In this document: one piece after another, positions 1-7,550 of the stretch | Layout of the letters: each line of letters starts with the position of its first letter | Position numbering within the stretch: position 1 is the stretch's first letter | DNA from: an uncultured Deinococcales bacterium | GTDB taxonomy: Bacteria; Deinococcota; Deinococci; Deinococcales; JAAFIG01 | Reading direction: 5' to 3' | Assembly: GCA_964247135.1 (NCBI GenBank) | Contig: CAXTTL010000120.1 | Coordinates: 1 to 14,733 of the forward strand | Length of the DNA: 14,733 bases | Notes under the pieces: model-generated | The model's input: the letters and a program-made list of their open reading frames with translations, nothing else | Told to the model about the DNA's origin: nothing | Databases searched by the model: none | Translations under genes and position numbers: made by a program

Positions 1-797
1 TCTACGCCTTCACCGACAAAGAAAATCGTGGCGCGGTTATTTACGGCAACTGGTTGGTTGGTTGTAACGTACAATTCTCCATCAGCACGACCAGTACCGT
101 TGTTGCAGTCTTCAGTCTTAAAACCTGGGTTTCCAGCTCCAAGACCCAAGCCAGAATAGAAACGTTTTGCCAAAACCAGATTAGGACTTGCAGTCGTAAC
201 CTTGTCATAAGAAAGTGGTGCAACATCGGTTGCACGCTCTGGAACGGCTGAGATGGTATAAGGTGTGCGTACTGGGTTTGGAATGGTAAATGAACCGTCA
301 TTCAATGTTGAAGTTGTTTCTTGGCGATTTCCACCAGCGTCGGTCACAACAATTGGAACGCCTTTATAGACTTTGCCGTCCCATTTAAATACATGTCCAG
401 CTACATTAATACCCGTAGACCCTGCTGGGTTAATGGTAATTACTTTTTGTGCGGTAATTGTTGGTGTGGTGGCTGAGGTGGCAGTCAGAGTAACGGTAGT
501 TGCAGATGTTAAATTGTTTGGCGGCGTGTAATCTACAGTCGCTGTGCCGCCAGCAATTGCACTTGTTTGAGTGCTTAAAGTACCTGTGGTAGATGGATTT
601 AACGTCCAGTTGACATTGCCGGTGATTTCAACTGCATTCACCGTGTATTTGGCGGCTGCGGCTGGCGATGCTGTCGTACCTGCGGTAAGCGTGTCGCCAC
701 CCGCAGCAAAAGTTAGTGATGGAGTTTTTGTTGGTCCCGGGCACGCCGTTAGACCTGCCGCAAACAACGCGATCAAGCCATACTTAAAAATATTCAT
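1..797 (-). CDS. Secreted Thr-rich lipoprotein with Ig-like and carboxypeptidase-regulatory-like beta-sandwich segments; 3' end lies beyond the window
   Basis: Hand translation from ATG at 797 is open to the window edge (265 codons): MNIFKYGLIALFAAGLTAC-PGPTKTPSLTF...VNWTLNP...YTPP...INVAGHVFKWDGKVYKGVPIVVTDAGG...NDGSFTI. It has a signal peptide with lipobox LTAC and an AGGAGG RBS at 803-808. It is absent from the ORF track because no stop codon falls inside the window. Confidence 0.88.
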   Translation of the reverse strand, partial: MNIFKYGLIALFAAGLTACPGPTKTPSLTFAAGGDTLTAGTTASPAAAAKYTVNAVEITGNVNWTLNPSTTGTLSTQTSAIAGGTATVDYTPPNNLTSATTVTLTATSATTPTITAQKVITINPAGSTGINVAGHVFKWDGKVYKGVPIVVTDAGGNRQETTSTLNDGSFTIPNPVRTPYTISAVPERATDVAPLSYDKVTTASPNLVLAKRFYSGLGLGAGNPGFKTEDCNNGTGRADGELYVTTNQPVAVNNRATIFFVGEGV

Positions 798-848
798 AAT
801 TTCCTCCTGTTTCTTACGAAAACCTTACCGCTCACTCAGAGCAACCAA

Positions 849-857
849 ATCGTATCA
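849..857 (-). promoter_or_regulatory. Putative extended -10 promoter (TG-A-TACGAT) of the lipoprotein gene
   Basis: The minus strand reads TGATACGAT about 50 nt upstream of the ATG. No clear -35 element. Confidence 0.4.
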
Positions 858-920
858 CCCGAACAGTGTGAAACGTATTAAATGGTATTTATGTTCCGTC
901 CAGCACGGGATTCTCGAGCA

Positions 921-1424
921 CTATTTCGCTTCAGAATCGTCCAGCAATCCAGGAAAAACCTCGATCTCAATGAGGTTTCTTAAGACTTTGACGTAAGGCG
1001 CTTGCACTGGCACAAGGTAATCTTTGCCAAGTCTTTCAATCACCAGCAAATCTTGAATTCCAGTGTCCATCACGTCTTTCACCGTGCCAACCTCGAGCTT
1101 ATTTTGATCGATGACCTTGCACCCCACCAGATCATGGTAGTAAAAAGTGTCATCATCGAGCGGCAGTTCATCTGGGTGGGCGTAGAGCGCGAGTCCAATC
1201 AGTCTTGAAGCCAACTCCAAACTCGAGACTCCGACCAGTTGCAAAATGGGTGTGGTGTCGTGAAGCTCGAGTTTTTTGACCACAAACCAACCTCGGGTGG
1301 CGACATATACACGCGTCAGTTTGAGGATTTGATTTGGGTCATCAACCGCTCGGAGTTTAAATGCGCCCTTCAGGGCATGGGTTTGTCCGATCAAACCGAT
1401 TTTGATGAGTTCTTCTGGAATCAT
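921..1424 (-). CDS. rimM: 16S rRNA processing protein RimM
   Basis: N-terminal IGLIGQTHALKG and the PRC-barrel pattern FYYHDLVGCKV...GTVKDVMDTGIQDLLVI...LVP match RimM, and the gene lies downstream of rpsP-khpA. Start moved to ATG 1424 because the ORF-track extension to 1460 begins inside a terminator-like hairpin. Confidence 0.95.
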   Translation of the reverse strand: MIPEELIKIGLIGQTHALKGAFKLRAVDDPNQILKLTRVYVATRGWFVVKKLELHDTTPILQLVGVSSLELASRLIGLALYAHPDELPLDDDTFYYHDLVGCKVIDQNKLEVGTVKDVMDTGIQDLLVIERLGKDYLVPVQAPYVKVLRNLIEIEVFPGLLDDSEAK

Positions 1425-1445
1425 GGTTTCTCTCGTTCTAAACTG

Positions 1446-1470
1446 AAAAAGGCGAGCCAAGCCCGCCCTT
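1446..1470 (-). terminator. Intrinsic terminator-like hairpin between khpA and rimM
   Basis: The minus strand reads AAGGGCGGGC-TTG-GCTCGCCTTTTT(CAGTTT): a GC-rich stem with G-U pairs followed by a U-tract. Confidence 0.65.
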
Positions 1471-1487
1471 AAGTGTGAAAACCTGAT

Positions 1488-1763
1488 TTACTCGCCTTGT
1501 TGATCGTCGCTCGAGCTTGCTTCGGTGCGGCTCGAGCCGCCAGCGACATCCACTTGGACGCGCTCCCGAGGTCCGGCGGCGGCTCGGGCGACGGTGCGGA
1601 TGGCTTGAATCACGCGTCCGTTGCGTCCAATAATGCGTCCCTCTTCGCCTGGGGCGACATGAATCATGTAGGTGACTTCGCGTTCGCCACTCTGCTCGAC
1701 GCGAACGCTTTCGGGTTGGTCAACCACTTTTTTGGCAAGATATTCGATTAAATCTAAGGTCAT
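1488..1763 (-). CDS. khpA: KH-domain RNA-binding protein KhpA (UPF0109), 91 aa
   Basis: MTLDLIEYLAKKVVDQPESV...GRIIGRNGRVIQAIRT contains the KH GxxG motif. ATG at 1763 has a GGGAG RBS, and the gene sits in its conserved position between rpsP and rimM. The ORF-track start at 2036 overlaps rpsP and is spurious. Confidence 0.93.
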   Translation of the reverse strand: MTLDLIEYLAKKVVDQPESVRVEQSGEREVTYMIHVAPGEEGRIIGRNGRVIQAIRTVARAAAGPRERVQVDVAGGSSRTEASSSDDQQGE

Positions 1764-1799
1764 TGATGCTCCCAAGTTGCTTTGGTCATGGCACAGTTT

Positions 1800-1830
1800 A
1801 ACCCCTCGCCAGAGGTTCTGGCGAGGGGTT
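1800..1830. repeat. Perfect 14-bp inverted repeat (stem-loop) between rpsP and khpA
   Basis: AACCCCTCGCCAGA-GGT-TCTGGCGAGGGGTT. There is no good U-tract on the minus strand, so mRNA stabilisation or processing is more likely than strong termination. Confidence 0.8.
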
Positions 1831-1845
1831 CGGGTTTGAAGCGTT

Positions 1846-2100
1846 TTAAGCTTCTTTGCGGTACACGCCGGCTTGCTTGAGCAAACGACGTGCGGTGTCC
1901 GATGGTTGCGCCCCAACGCCCAACCAGTATTTGGCGCGGTCCACGTCCACGACCAGGAAGTTCTCGACTTTTTTACGGGGGTCGTAATGACCCAGGTTCT
2001 CGAGGTAACCACCATCGCGTTTTTGACGGGCGTCAACGACGACCAAACGGTAATGCGGGTTGTGGGTGTTGCCGTAACGCGAAAGACGAATCTTAACCAT
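1846..2100 (-). CDS. rpsP: 30S ribosomal protein S16
   Basis: [41 protein letters not shown]...[12 protein letters not shown] matches S16. GAGGAG RBS at 2108-2113. Confidence 0.98.
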   Translation of the reverse strand: MVKIRLSRYGNTHNPHYRLVVVDARQKRDGGYLENLGHYDPRKKVENFLVVDVDRAKYWLGVGAQPSDTARRLLKQAGVYRKEA

Positions 2101-2211
2101 TGTTGTTCTCCTCGAGGCGGGTATTAAGGGTCGAACACGTGCTCGAGATCGTGTTCGGTCTCGTTGTCCTTTGAGCCAGCAGCCATGCAACCTCAAGCTT
2201 CAACGGGCAGG

Positions 2212-2240
2212 AGTATAGCAGTTTCAGCCATCTCGAGCAA
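2212..2240 (-). promoter_or_regulatory. Sigma70-type promoter of the rpsP operon
   Basis: The minus strand reads TTGCTC (2240-2235), a 17-bp spacer ending in TGC, then TATACT (2217-2212). This gives a -35 plus an extended -10. Confidence 0.75.
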
Positions 2241-3732
2241 GGGATTCTGAACTTAATTGCTTTAAGGCAACTGGGATCAAGTCTGCAACTTCGGACGCCA
2301 GCAGTCCAAGGTCTTTGTCACCGGCGGCAAGATCACCCGCCAGCCCATGAAGGTACACCCCAAGTTGCGCAATCAGCTCGAGTGAGGTGTCCGTTGGCGC
2401 TTGGGCAATCAAAGCTGCCAGAACACCGGAGAGCACGTCGCCCATGCCGCCCGTTGCCATGCCAGGGTTGCCACTCGAGTTGACCCAAAGGTTCGAGCCT
2501 GCCACCACGCTTGGACCACCTTTCAGGACCACAACCGCTCGAGTGCGATTGGCAAGTTCTCGAGCGGCTTCGAGTGGATTTTTGGAAATCTCAGTGACAC
2601 CCGTCTCAAGCATTCGCGCCGCCTCGCCAGGGTGTGGCGTGATGATGACGCCAGGGTGCGATTCGGGTAGGTTCTGTAGGATTGGCATCAACCAAGGCTG
2701 CAAGGCGTCGGCATCAAGCACCAGCGGTTTCTCGAGCGAAAGGAGCAACTCGAGCAAATCGGGTTCGATTTTTCCGACGCCCATGCCAAACGCCAGTGCA
2801 TCAATGCGTTCAAACTTTAAAAACCCGAGTTCGGGGGCAGTCCAAGCTTTGATTGTGTGCCTTGTGGCTTCGACAGGCGCTTGAAGTCCCGCGTTGACGG
2901 GAGCGACCACCGTGACCAAACCCGCACCAGCCCGAAACGCACCTCGAGCCGCCAGCGCCGGAGCGCCTGGGTATTGTTCCAAGCCTCCGAGGATCAACAC
3001 GCGCCCCGATGTTCCTTTGTGGGCATCAATCGCTCGAGAGGTGATGGTTTTGGCAGCCTCTTTGAGTTTTGAAACCGCTGCCACTTCACCGATATGCTCG
3101 ATTAAAGCTGTTGGAATTCCAGGGTTGACCAATTCAATTTGACCTGCAATTTCTCGAGTTGGATTGAACAACAATGCGGGCTTAAAACCCGTAATGCTCA
3201 CGGTATGATCGGCAAGAACAACATCTTCGGTCATCATTTGAGGAAAGTCGGCAACCATGCCCGAGGGCAAATCCACCGCCCAAACCTTGCCCCGAGACAA
3301 ATTGATCTTCTGGACAATGCTGTGCTCGAGGATTCGCAGTGGTGGTCGAAATCCCACGCCCAAAAGCGCATCGACAATAATGTCTGCACTCTCGAGCGAT
3401 TGCAAGTGGTCTTCAATGGCAAACATCGGACAAAAGCTGATGGTGGCTCGAGCCAAAGATTTGAGAATCTCGCCGGCGTTCTCGAGTGGGACGTGTAAAA
3501 TCTTGACCTCAAAGCCGTACAGACAAAGCCACCTGGCACAAACAAAACCATCAGCCCCATTTAAGCCCTTGCCGCAGACCACCACCACGTGAGCGCCCGA
3601 CGGGAAATCACGTTTGATGGCATCGGCGACGGCTCGACCTGCGGCTTCGACCAAGACCTCGAGCGGAATTCCTGCATTGATTGCGGCGGTATCGGTGGCT
3701 TTGACGTTCTGAGAGCTGACAATAAACGGCAT
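2224..3732 (-). CDS. nnr: Bifunctional NAD(P)H-hydrate epimerase/dehydratase (YjeF/Nnr)
   Basis: YjeF_N motifs EAAG, GKGLNGADG, IVDALLGVG and AVDLPSG are present. Kinase-like dehydratase motifs HKGTSG, RAGAGLV, VLDADAL, TPHPGEAARM, LKG and GNPGMATGGMGDVLSG follow. Confidence 0.95.
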   Translation of the reverse strand: MPFIVSSQNVKATDTAAINAGIPLEVLVEAAGRAVADAIKRDFPSGAHVVVVCGKGLNGADGFVCARWLCLYGFEVKILHVPLENAGEILKSLARATISFCPMFAIEDHLQSLESADIIVDALLGVGFRPPLRILEHSIVQKINLSRGKVWAVDLPSGMVADFPQMMTEDVVLADHTVSITGFKPALLFNPTREIAGQIELVNPGIPTALIEHIGEVAAVSKLKEAAKTITSRAIDAHKGTSGRVLILGGLEQYPGAPALAARGAFRAGAGLVTVVAPVNAGLQAPVEATRHTIKAWTAPELGFLKFERIDALAFGMGVGKIEPDLLELLLSLEKPLVLDADALQPWLMPILQNLPESHPGVIITPHPGEAARMLETGVTEISKNPLEAARELANRTRAVVVLKGGPSVVAGSNLWVNSSGNPGMATGGMGDVLSGVLAALIAQAPTDTSLELIAQLGVYLHGLAGDLAAGDKDLGLLASEVADLIPVALKQLSSESLARDG

Positions 3733-3738
3733 GACCCG

Positions 3739-3744
3739 AGTCTA
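3739..3744 (-). promoter_or_regulatory. -10 box TAGACT 6 nt upstream of the nnr ATG (leaderless transcript signature)
   Basis: The minus strand reads TAGACT-CGGGTC-ATG, with no Shine-Dalgarno sequence. Confidence 0.65.
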
Positions 3745-4079
3745 AAAGATTTGGAACGAATTTGAAAAGCAATTCGAGGTGGGTATTGTCAAGATTTGAA
3801 CCGAACGCCATTTCATTTTGGACGCCGAAATCGTTTGAATGACCTGCAACCAAGCGGGTTTCGTGAAATCAAATCTGGCTTGTGAGCGTAAAGGTGCTTG
3901 TCACATTTACTGATCGCACAAACCAAACCGATCATCTGTGCCGTCCATCGATGTGATGCGCAAGAAGGTCGCACTGTTGGTTGGATATGACTCGAGATTT
4001 AAATCCTTGGCAATTGGCAGACGCGTGAAATCTATGCTCAAGGGCATTTACTCAATTTTTACCTGTCGGTTTGAGCGAC

Positions 4080-4976
4080 TCAGAATTCATTGTCAGCTTG
4101 CTTCGCAGGGCTTGTGCTTTCTCGAGTTGCCACGCCTTGCCGTTGCCTGTAGGTGATAGGTGACATCCCCGATGACTTAGAAAAGACTGCGTAAAACCTC
4201 GAAAGGCTCTGAAAGCCAGACTCGAAAGCCACGTCGAGCACGCTCAGGTCGCTGGTGATCAGCAGGCGCTCTGCGTGTGCCAGCCGGTGTTGGATCAAGA
4301 ATTTGTGCATGGTCAGACCAAAAACCTGTTTGAACAGGGTCATGGCGTAGTTTGGGTTCAGTCCAAGGTCTTGCGCGATGGTTTGGGCATTGATGGGTTC
4401 GGCGTGACGGGTGGCGATCACCTGCGCGAGCCGTTCGGCGCTGCTTCGCTGGGTGGCGTCAAGGGTTTCAGGAATCTTGATCGGGTCCTCGAGTTGCCAG
4501 AAACGGTGCAAAAAAGCTTCAACCTCGAGCATCGCGGCACGGTGTCGTTCGATGGGGTCGTGGCTGGCTGCGGGCACGCTCGAGCGTTGCAGCTCGGAAG
4601 CCCAACGTCGAAACAGTGCGCGGTCCAGGCTGGCGTCCTCGCCCTGTCGGGTCAGGGCTGTTCCGTGCAAGAGCGAGCTGCGCAAGCCGATTGGAACAGT
4701 CCAGCGCAAGAATTCGGTCAGGGGAACGTGCACCACACCAAGGATCGACTGCGGTGTGCAATCGATGATCCGGTGCGGCATGATCGCCCAGAACACCGCC
4801 ACCTCGCCGGCGCGAATGCTGAGCCTCGAGCCGCCCATCAGGTAGTGCAGTTCGCCGACTGAAACGAGGTTAAGTTCAATGTCGCTGTGCCGATGAAGCC
4901 GTTCGATCACCCAAGGCTCGCCGTACCAACCGAGCAAGCCTTGCGCTTGTATGTCGATGTCAACTTGGGGGGTCAC
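4080..4976 (-). CDS. AraC-family transcriptional regulator (MelR-like; cupin sensor plus double HTH), about 298 aa
   Basis: Cupin motifs HRHSDIELN...FWAIMPH and the C-terminal LNPNYAMTLFKQVFG...LSVLDVAFESGFQSLSRFYAVFSKSSGMSPITYR are present. Start placed at GTG 4976, 7 nt downstream of a TATCCT -10 box. Confidence 0.93.
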   Translation of the reverse strand: MTPQVDIDIQAQGLLGWYGEPWVIERLHRHSDIELNLVSVGELHYLMGGSRLSIRAGEVAVFWAIMPHRIIDCTPQSILGVVHVPLTEFLRWTVPIGLRSSLLHGTALTRQGEDASLDRALFRRWASELQRSSVPAASHDPIERHRAAMLEVEAFLHRFWQLEDPIKIPETLDATQRSSAERLAQVIATRHAEPINAQTIAQDLGLNPNYAMTLFKQVFGLTMHKFLIQHRLAHAERLLITSDLSVLDVAFESGFQSLSRFYAVFSKSSGMSPITYRQRQGVATRESTSPAKQADNEF

Positions 4977-4983
4977 AGACCTG

Positions 4984-5043
4984 AGGATACAAGAATTTTC
5001 CAGGGTGGAACGAAAAGACCCTTGTGCCTGGCTTTTGTACAAT
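4984..5043. promoter_or_regulatory. Divergent promoter region: minus-strand -10 TATCCT (4984-4989) and plus-strand -10 TACAAT (5038-5043)
   Basis: Two TANNNT boxes point away from each other. The plus-strand promoter has no recognisable -35, which fits activator dependence (inference). Confidence 0.55.
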
Positions 5044-5082
5044 GACCCATTCCAGCTCGAGCACCCAGAGGAGTCCGCCAAG

Positions 5083-5679
5083 GTGAGTTTCTTGTTTCAA
5101 GCCGAGCAGCGCATCGCCTTTTTGGGCGATGAACGCCTGAGCAATGCCAGTCCACCCGATGCCGTGACTTGCATCCTCGAACGCATCGCCGTGCGGTATC
5201 CCAGGCATGACCTGTCAAGCCTGAACCGCTGCACACCTGGTCTAAACCTGCAACGGGCGCTCGAGCAACCTGTGCCAAAAACGGATTGGGCGGTGATTGC
5301 GCTTGGAATGTACGACGGGCTGTGCGGAGCCGGATTGGCAGAATTCGAGCGGGATTACCGTCAACTGCTCGAGCGATTTGAAGGGCGCACCGTCGTCTGT
5401 GAACCGTGTGCGCTCGAGCCTCACCAGATCGCGCAACTCGAGCCGTACCGCGCCGTGGTCGAGGCGCTGGCGCTCGAGTTAAAACTGCCGTTCGCAGCCT
5501 TTCAACGCGCCCTGAACCGTGTTCTGCCCGCAACGCAACCCAGCGATTGGGGAACTGGCTCGACCCTCAACGCGGCGGGCAGTGCGCTGATCAGCGAGGA
5601 GTTCCTGGGCGCGGTGGGATTTGAAGTCTTCGAGGACGACGATGAACCCAAGCCGACGACACCCGAAGTCAAGGCTTAA
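5083..5679 (+). CDS. SGNH/GDSL hydrolase-like protein with degenerate catalytic blocks, about 198 aa
   Basis: GTG at 5083 follows a GAGGAG RBS (5068-5073). The block pattern is RIAFLGDE / NRCTPG / IALGMYD / F..DYRQLL / TLNAAGSALISEEFL. Confidence 0.72.
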   Translation: MSFLFQAEQRIAFLGDERLSNASPPDAVTCILERIAVRYPRHDLSSLNRCTPGLNLQRALEQPVPKTDWAVIALGMYDGLCGAGLAEFERDYRQLLERFEGRTVVCEPCALEPHQIAQLEPYRAVVEALALELKLPFAAFQRALNRVLPATQPSDWGTGSTLNAAGSALISEEFLGAVGFEVFEDDDEPKPTTPEVKA

Positions 5680-5738
5680 AAACCAGCTCCGCTTTACAGT
5701 GAAACACAAACGGTTTCTAACAGACATAGGAGGCACGT

Positions 5739-6581
5739 ATGACACCAACCATGAACCTGCCCGACCTCTCGAGCGAATACCCACTGAACCCCGAACACGT
5801 CCAGGGCTTCAAACGCGACGCTGTAACCCTGGTTCGTGGACTTGCCAGCCACAACGAGGTCGCGGCTTACCGGGGTTTCATCGACGGCGCGGTCGAACGC
5901 TTCAACCAGGAAACCCGCCCGCTCGAGGAACGCGACACCTACGGCATGGCTTTTTTGCAAACCATGAACCTCTGGACCCGCGACGAGGCGGTCAAACGCT
6001 TTTGTTTCGCCCGTCGCTTTGCCAAAGTCGCCGCCGAATTGATGGGCGTCTCGGGGGTGCGGATGTACCACGATCAAGCGCTGTTCAAAGAACCTGGTGG
6101 CGGCATCACACCCTGGCATCAGGACCAGCACTACTGGCCATTGGACACCGACCGCACCATCACGATGTGGATGCCGCTGGTGGACATCCCCGAGGAGGTT
6201 GGCACGCTGACCTTTGCACCCGGCTCACAGGTGCGCGGCTACCTCGGCGACCTGCCGATCAGCGAGCAATCTCAGAGCACCTTTGAGTCGTTTGTGCGCG
6301 AGAACGGGTGGATGCCGCGCACTTACGGTGCGATGAACGCCGGAGATGCCACGTTTCACAGCGGTTGGGTGCTTCACTGCGCTCCAGGCAATCCGTCAAA
6401 GACTTTCAGGCGCGAGGTCATGACGGTGATCTACATGGCTGAGGACACCCGTGTGACCACACCCGACCACAAAAACCGCGAGAACGACCTGGCGAGTTGG
6501 TTGCCTGGTTGTCGCCCCGGAGACTTGGCGGCGAGTCCGCTCAATCCAGTGTTGTACTCGAGCCGCTCAGACATCCGTTGA
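5739..6581 (+). CDS. Phytanoyl-CoA dioxygenase (PhyH) family Fe(II)/2-oxoglutarate oxygenase
   Basis: DQALFKEPGG...TPWHQD (HxD), ITMWMPL, GDATFH..WVLH (distal His) and N...RR are present. AGGAGG RBS at 5728-5733. Confidence 0.93.
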   Translation: MTPTMNLPDLSSEYPLNPEHVQGFKRDAVTLVRGLASHNEVAAYRGFIDGAVERFNQETRPLEERDTYGMAFLQTMNLWTRDEAVKRFCFARRFAKVAAELMGVSGVRMYHDQALFKEPGGGITPWHQDQHYWPLDTDRTITMWMPLVDIPEEVGTLTFAPGSQVRGYLGDLPISEQSQSTFESFVRENGWMPRTYGAMNAGDATFHSGWVLHCAPGNPSKTFRREVMTVIYMAEDTRVTTPDHKNRENDLASWLPGCRPGDLAASPLNPVLYSSRSDIR

Positions 6582-6710
6582 GGCATCAAGTGAGGGCAGG
6601 TTCATGATGCCAGCGGTGTGTACTGCAACAAGCCTCAACGCGGTTCAACGCCTCGAGCACTTCGTAACCAAGTTGGTCGATGTCCGACTTTCTGAAAAGG
6701 TTGGGCGCCG

Positions 6711-7550
6711 ATGCCGAGCAGACTGACGTTCAAACTGGCACTCATTCAGATGCGGGTCGAGGGCGGGCAACCAGACCAAAACCTGGCTCGAGCCATCGGT
6801 TTGATCGCCGCCGCCGCGATTTCGGGGGCGCAGGTGATCCTGCTTCCAGAGGCGTTTACGCTCGGCTGGACGCACCCGAGCGCCCTCGAGTTGGCAGAAG
6901 CAATCCCTCAGGGTTTGTCCTGTCGGGCGCTGATGGCTGCGGCAGTTCAGCACAACGTGTATATTTGCGCAGGTTTGATTGAGCGCAACGGGGAAACCAT
7001 CTTTAACTCGGCAGTCTTGATCGATCCGCAAGGTCAGGTCGTATTGTTGCACCGCAAACTGAACGAACTCGAGCTTGCCCATCATTTGTACGCGCAGGGG
7101 GATCGCCTCGGGGTGGTCAAAACGCCGCTGGGCACCTTTGGATTGATGATCTGCTCGGATGCGTTTGCGCCGACACAGGTCATCAGCCGTACCCTGGGCA
7201 TGATGGGCGCGGATGTGATCCTCTCGCCGTCGTCGTGGGCGGTTCCCGCCGAGCATGACAACAGCGATACCCCTTACGGGTCGCTGTGGCTCGAGCATTA
7301 CGGTGCGGTGGCACGGGATTTCAAAATCTGGATTGCAGGGGTCAGCAACGTCGGCTGGTTGAGGGCGGGACCGTGGTCGGGTCAGCAGTGTATCGGCTGC
7401 TCGATGGTCATTTCCCCGTCCGGTGAACCTGCCCTGATCGGGGCTTACGGCGTGGATGCCGAGGGAATCTTGTACGCGGACATCGAGCCGCTGGCGCGAC
7501 CCGCCCGAGGGACTGGGTGGGCGAACCTTCTGGAGTCCGAACATGACTAA
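6711..7550 (+). CDS. Carbon-nitrogen hydrolase (nitrilase/amidase superfamily)
   Basis: The Glu-Lys-Cys triad motifs LLPE, HRKL and GLMICSD are present, along with FNSAVLIDPQG and GADVIL.PSSW. Confidence 0.93.
   Translation: MPSRLTFKLALIQMRVEGGQPDQNLARAIGLIAAAAISGAQVILLPEAFTLGWTHPSALELAEAIPQGLSCRALMAAAVQHNVYICAGLIERNGETIFNSAVLIDPQGQVVLLHRKLNELELAHHLYAQGDRLGVVKTPLGTFGLMICSDAFAPTQVISRTLGMMGADVILSPSSWAVPAEHDNSDTPYGSLWLEHYGAVARDFKIWIAGVSNVGWLRAGPWSGQQCIGCSMVISPSGEPALIGAYGVDAEGILYADIEPLARPARGTGWANLLESEHD

Noticed and set aside
41-996. ORF-track calls 41..301(-), 54..251(+) and 571..996(+)
   Set aside because: They are shadows of the minus-strand lipoprotein gene, which has an RBS and lipobox and is open from 797 to the edge.
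1425-2196. N-terminal extensions of rimM (to 1460), khpA (to 2036) and rpsP (to 2196)
   Set aside because: They overlap hairpins, neighbouring genes or the leader. Downstream ATGs with RBSs give family-typical N-termini.
3881-3905. TGTGA...TCACA resembling a CRP site
   Set aside because: The half-sites are 15 bp apart rather than 6.
3907-4047. 46-codon minus-strand ORF MPLSIDFTRLPIAKDLNLESYP..., and the plus ORF 3938..4156
   Set aside because: Both are short with no convincing RBS or motif, and the plus ORF overlaps the AraC 3' end.
4951-5082. Apparent head-to-head overlap of the AraC ORF and the 242-aa ORF
   Set aside because: It disappears with the better-supported starts GTG 4976 (-) and GTG 5083 (+).
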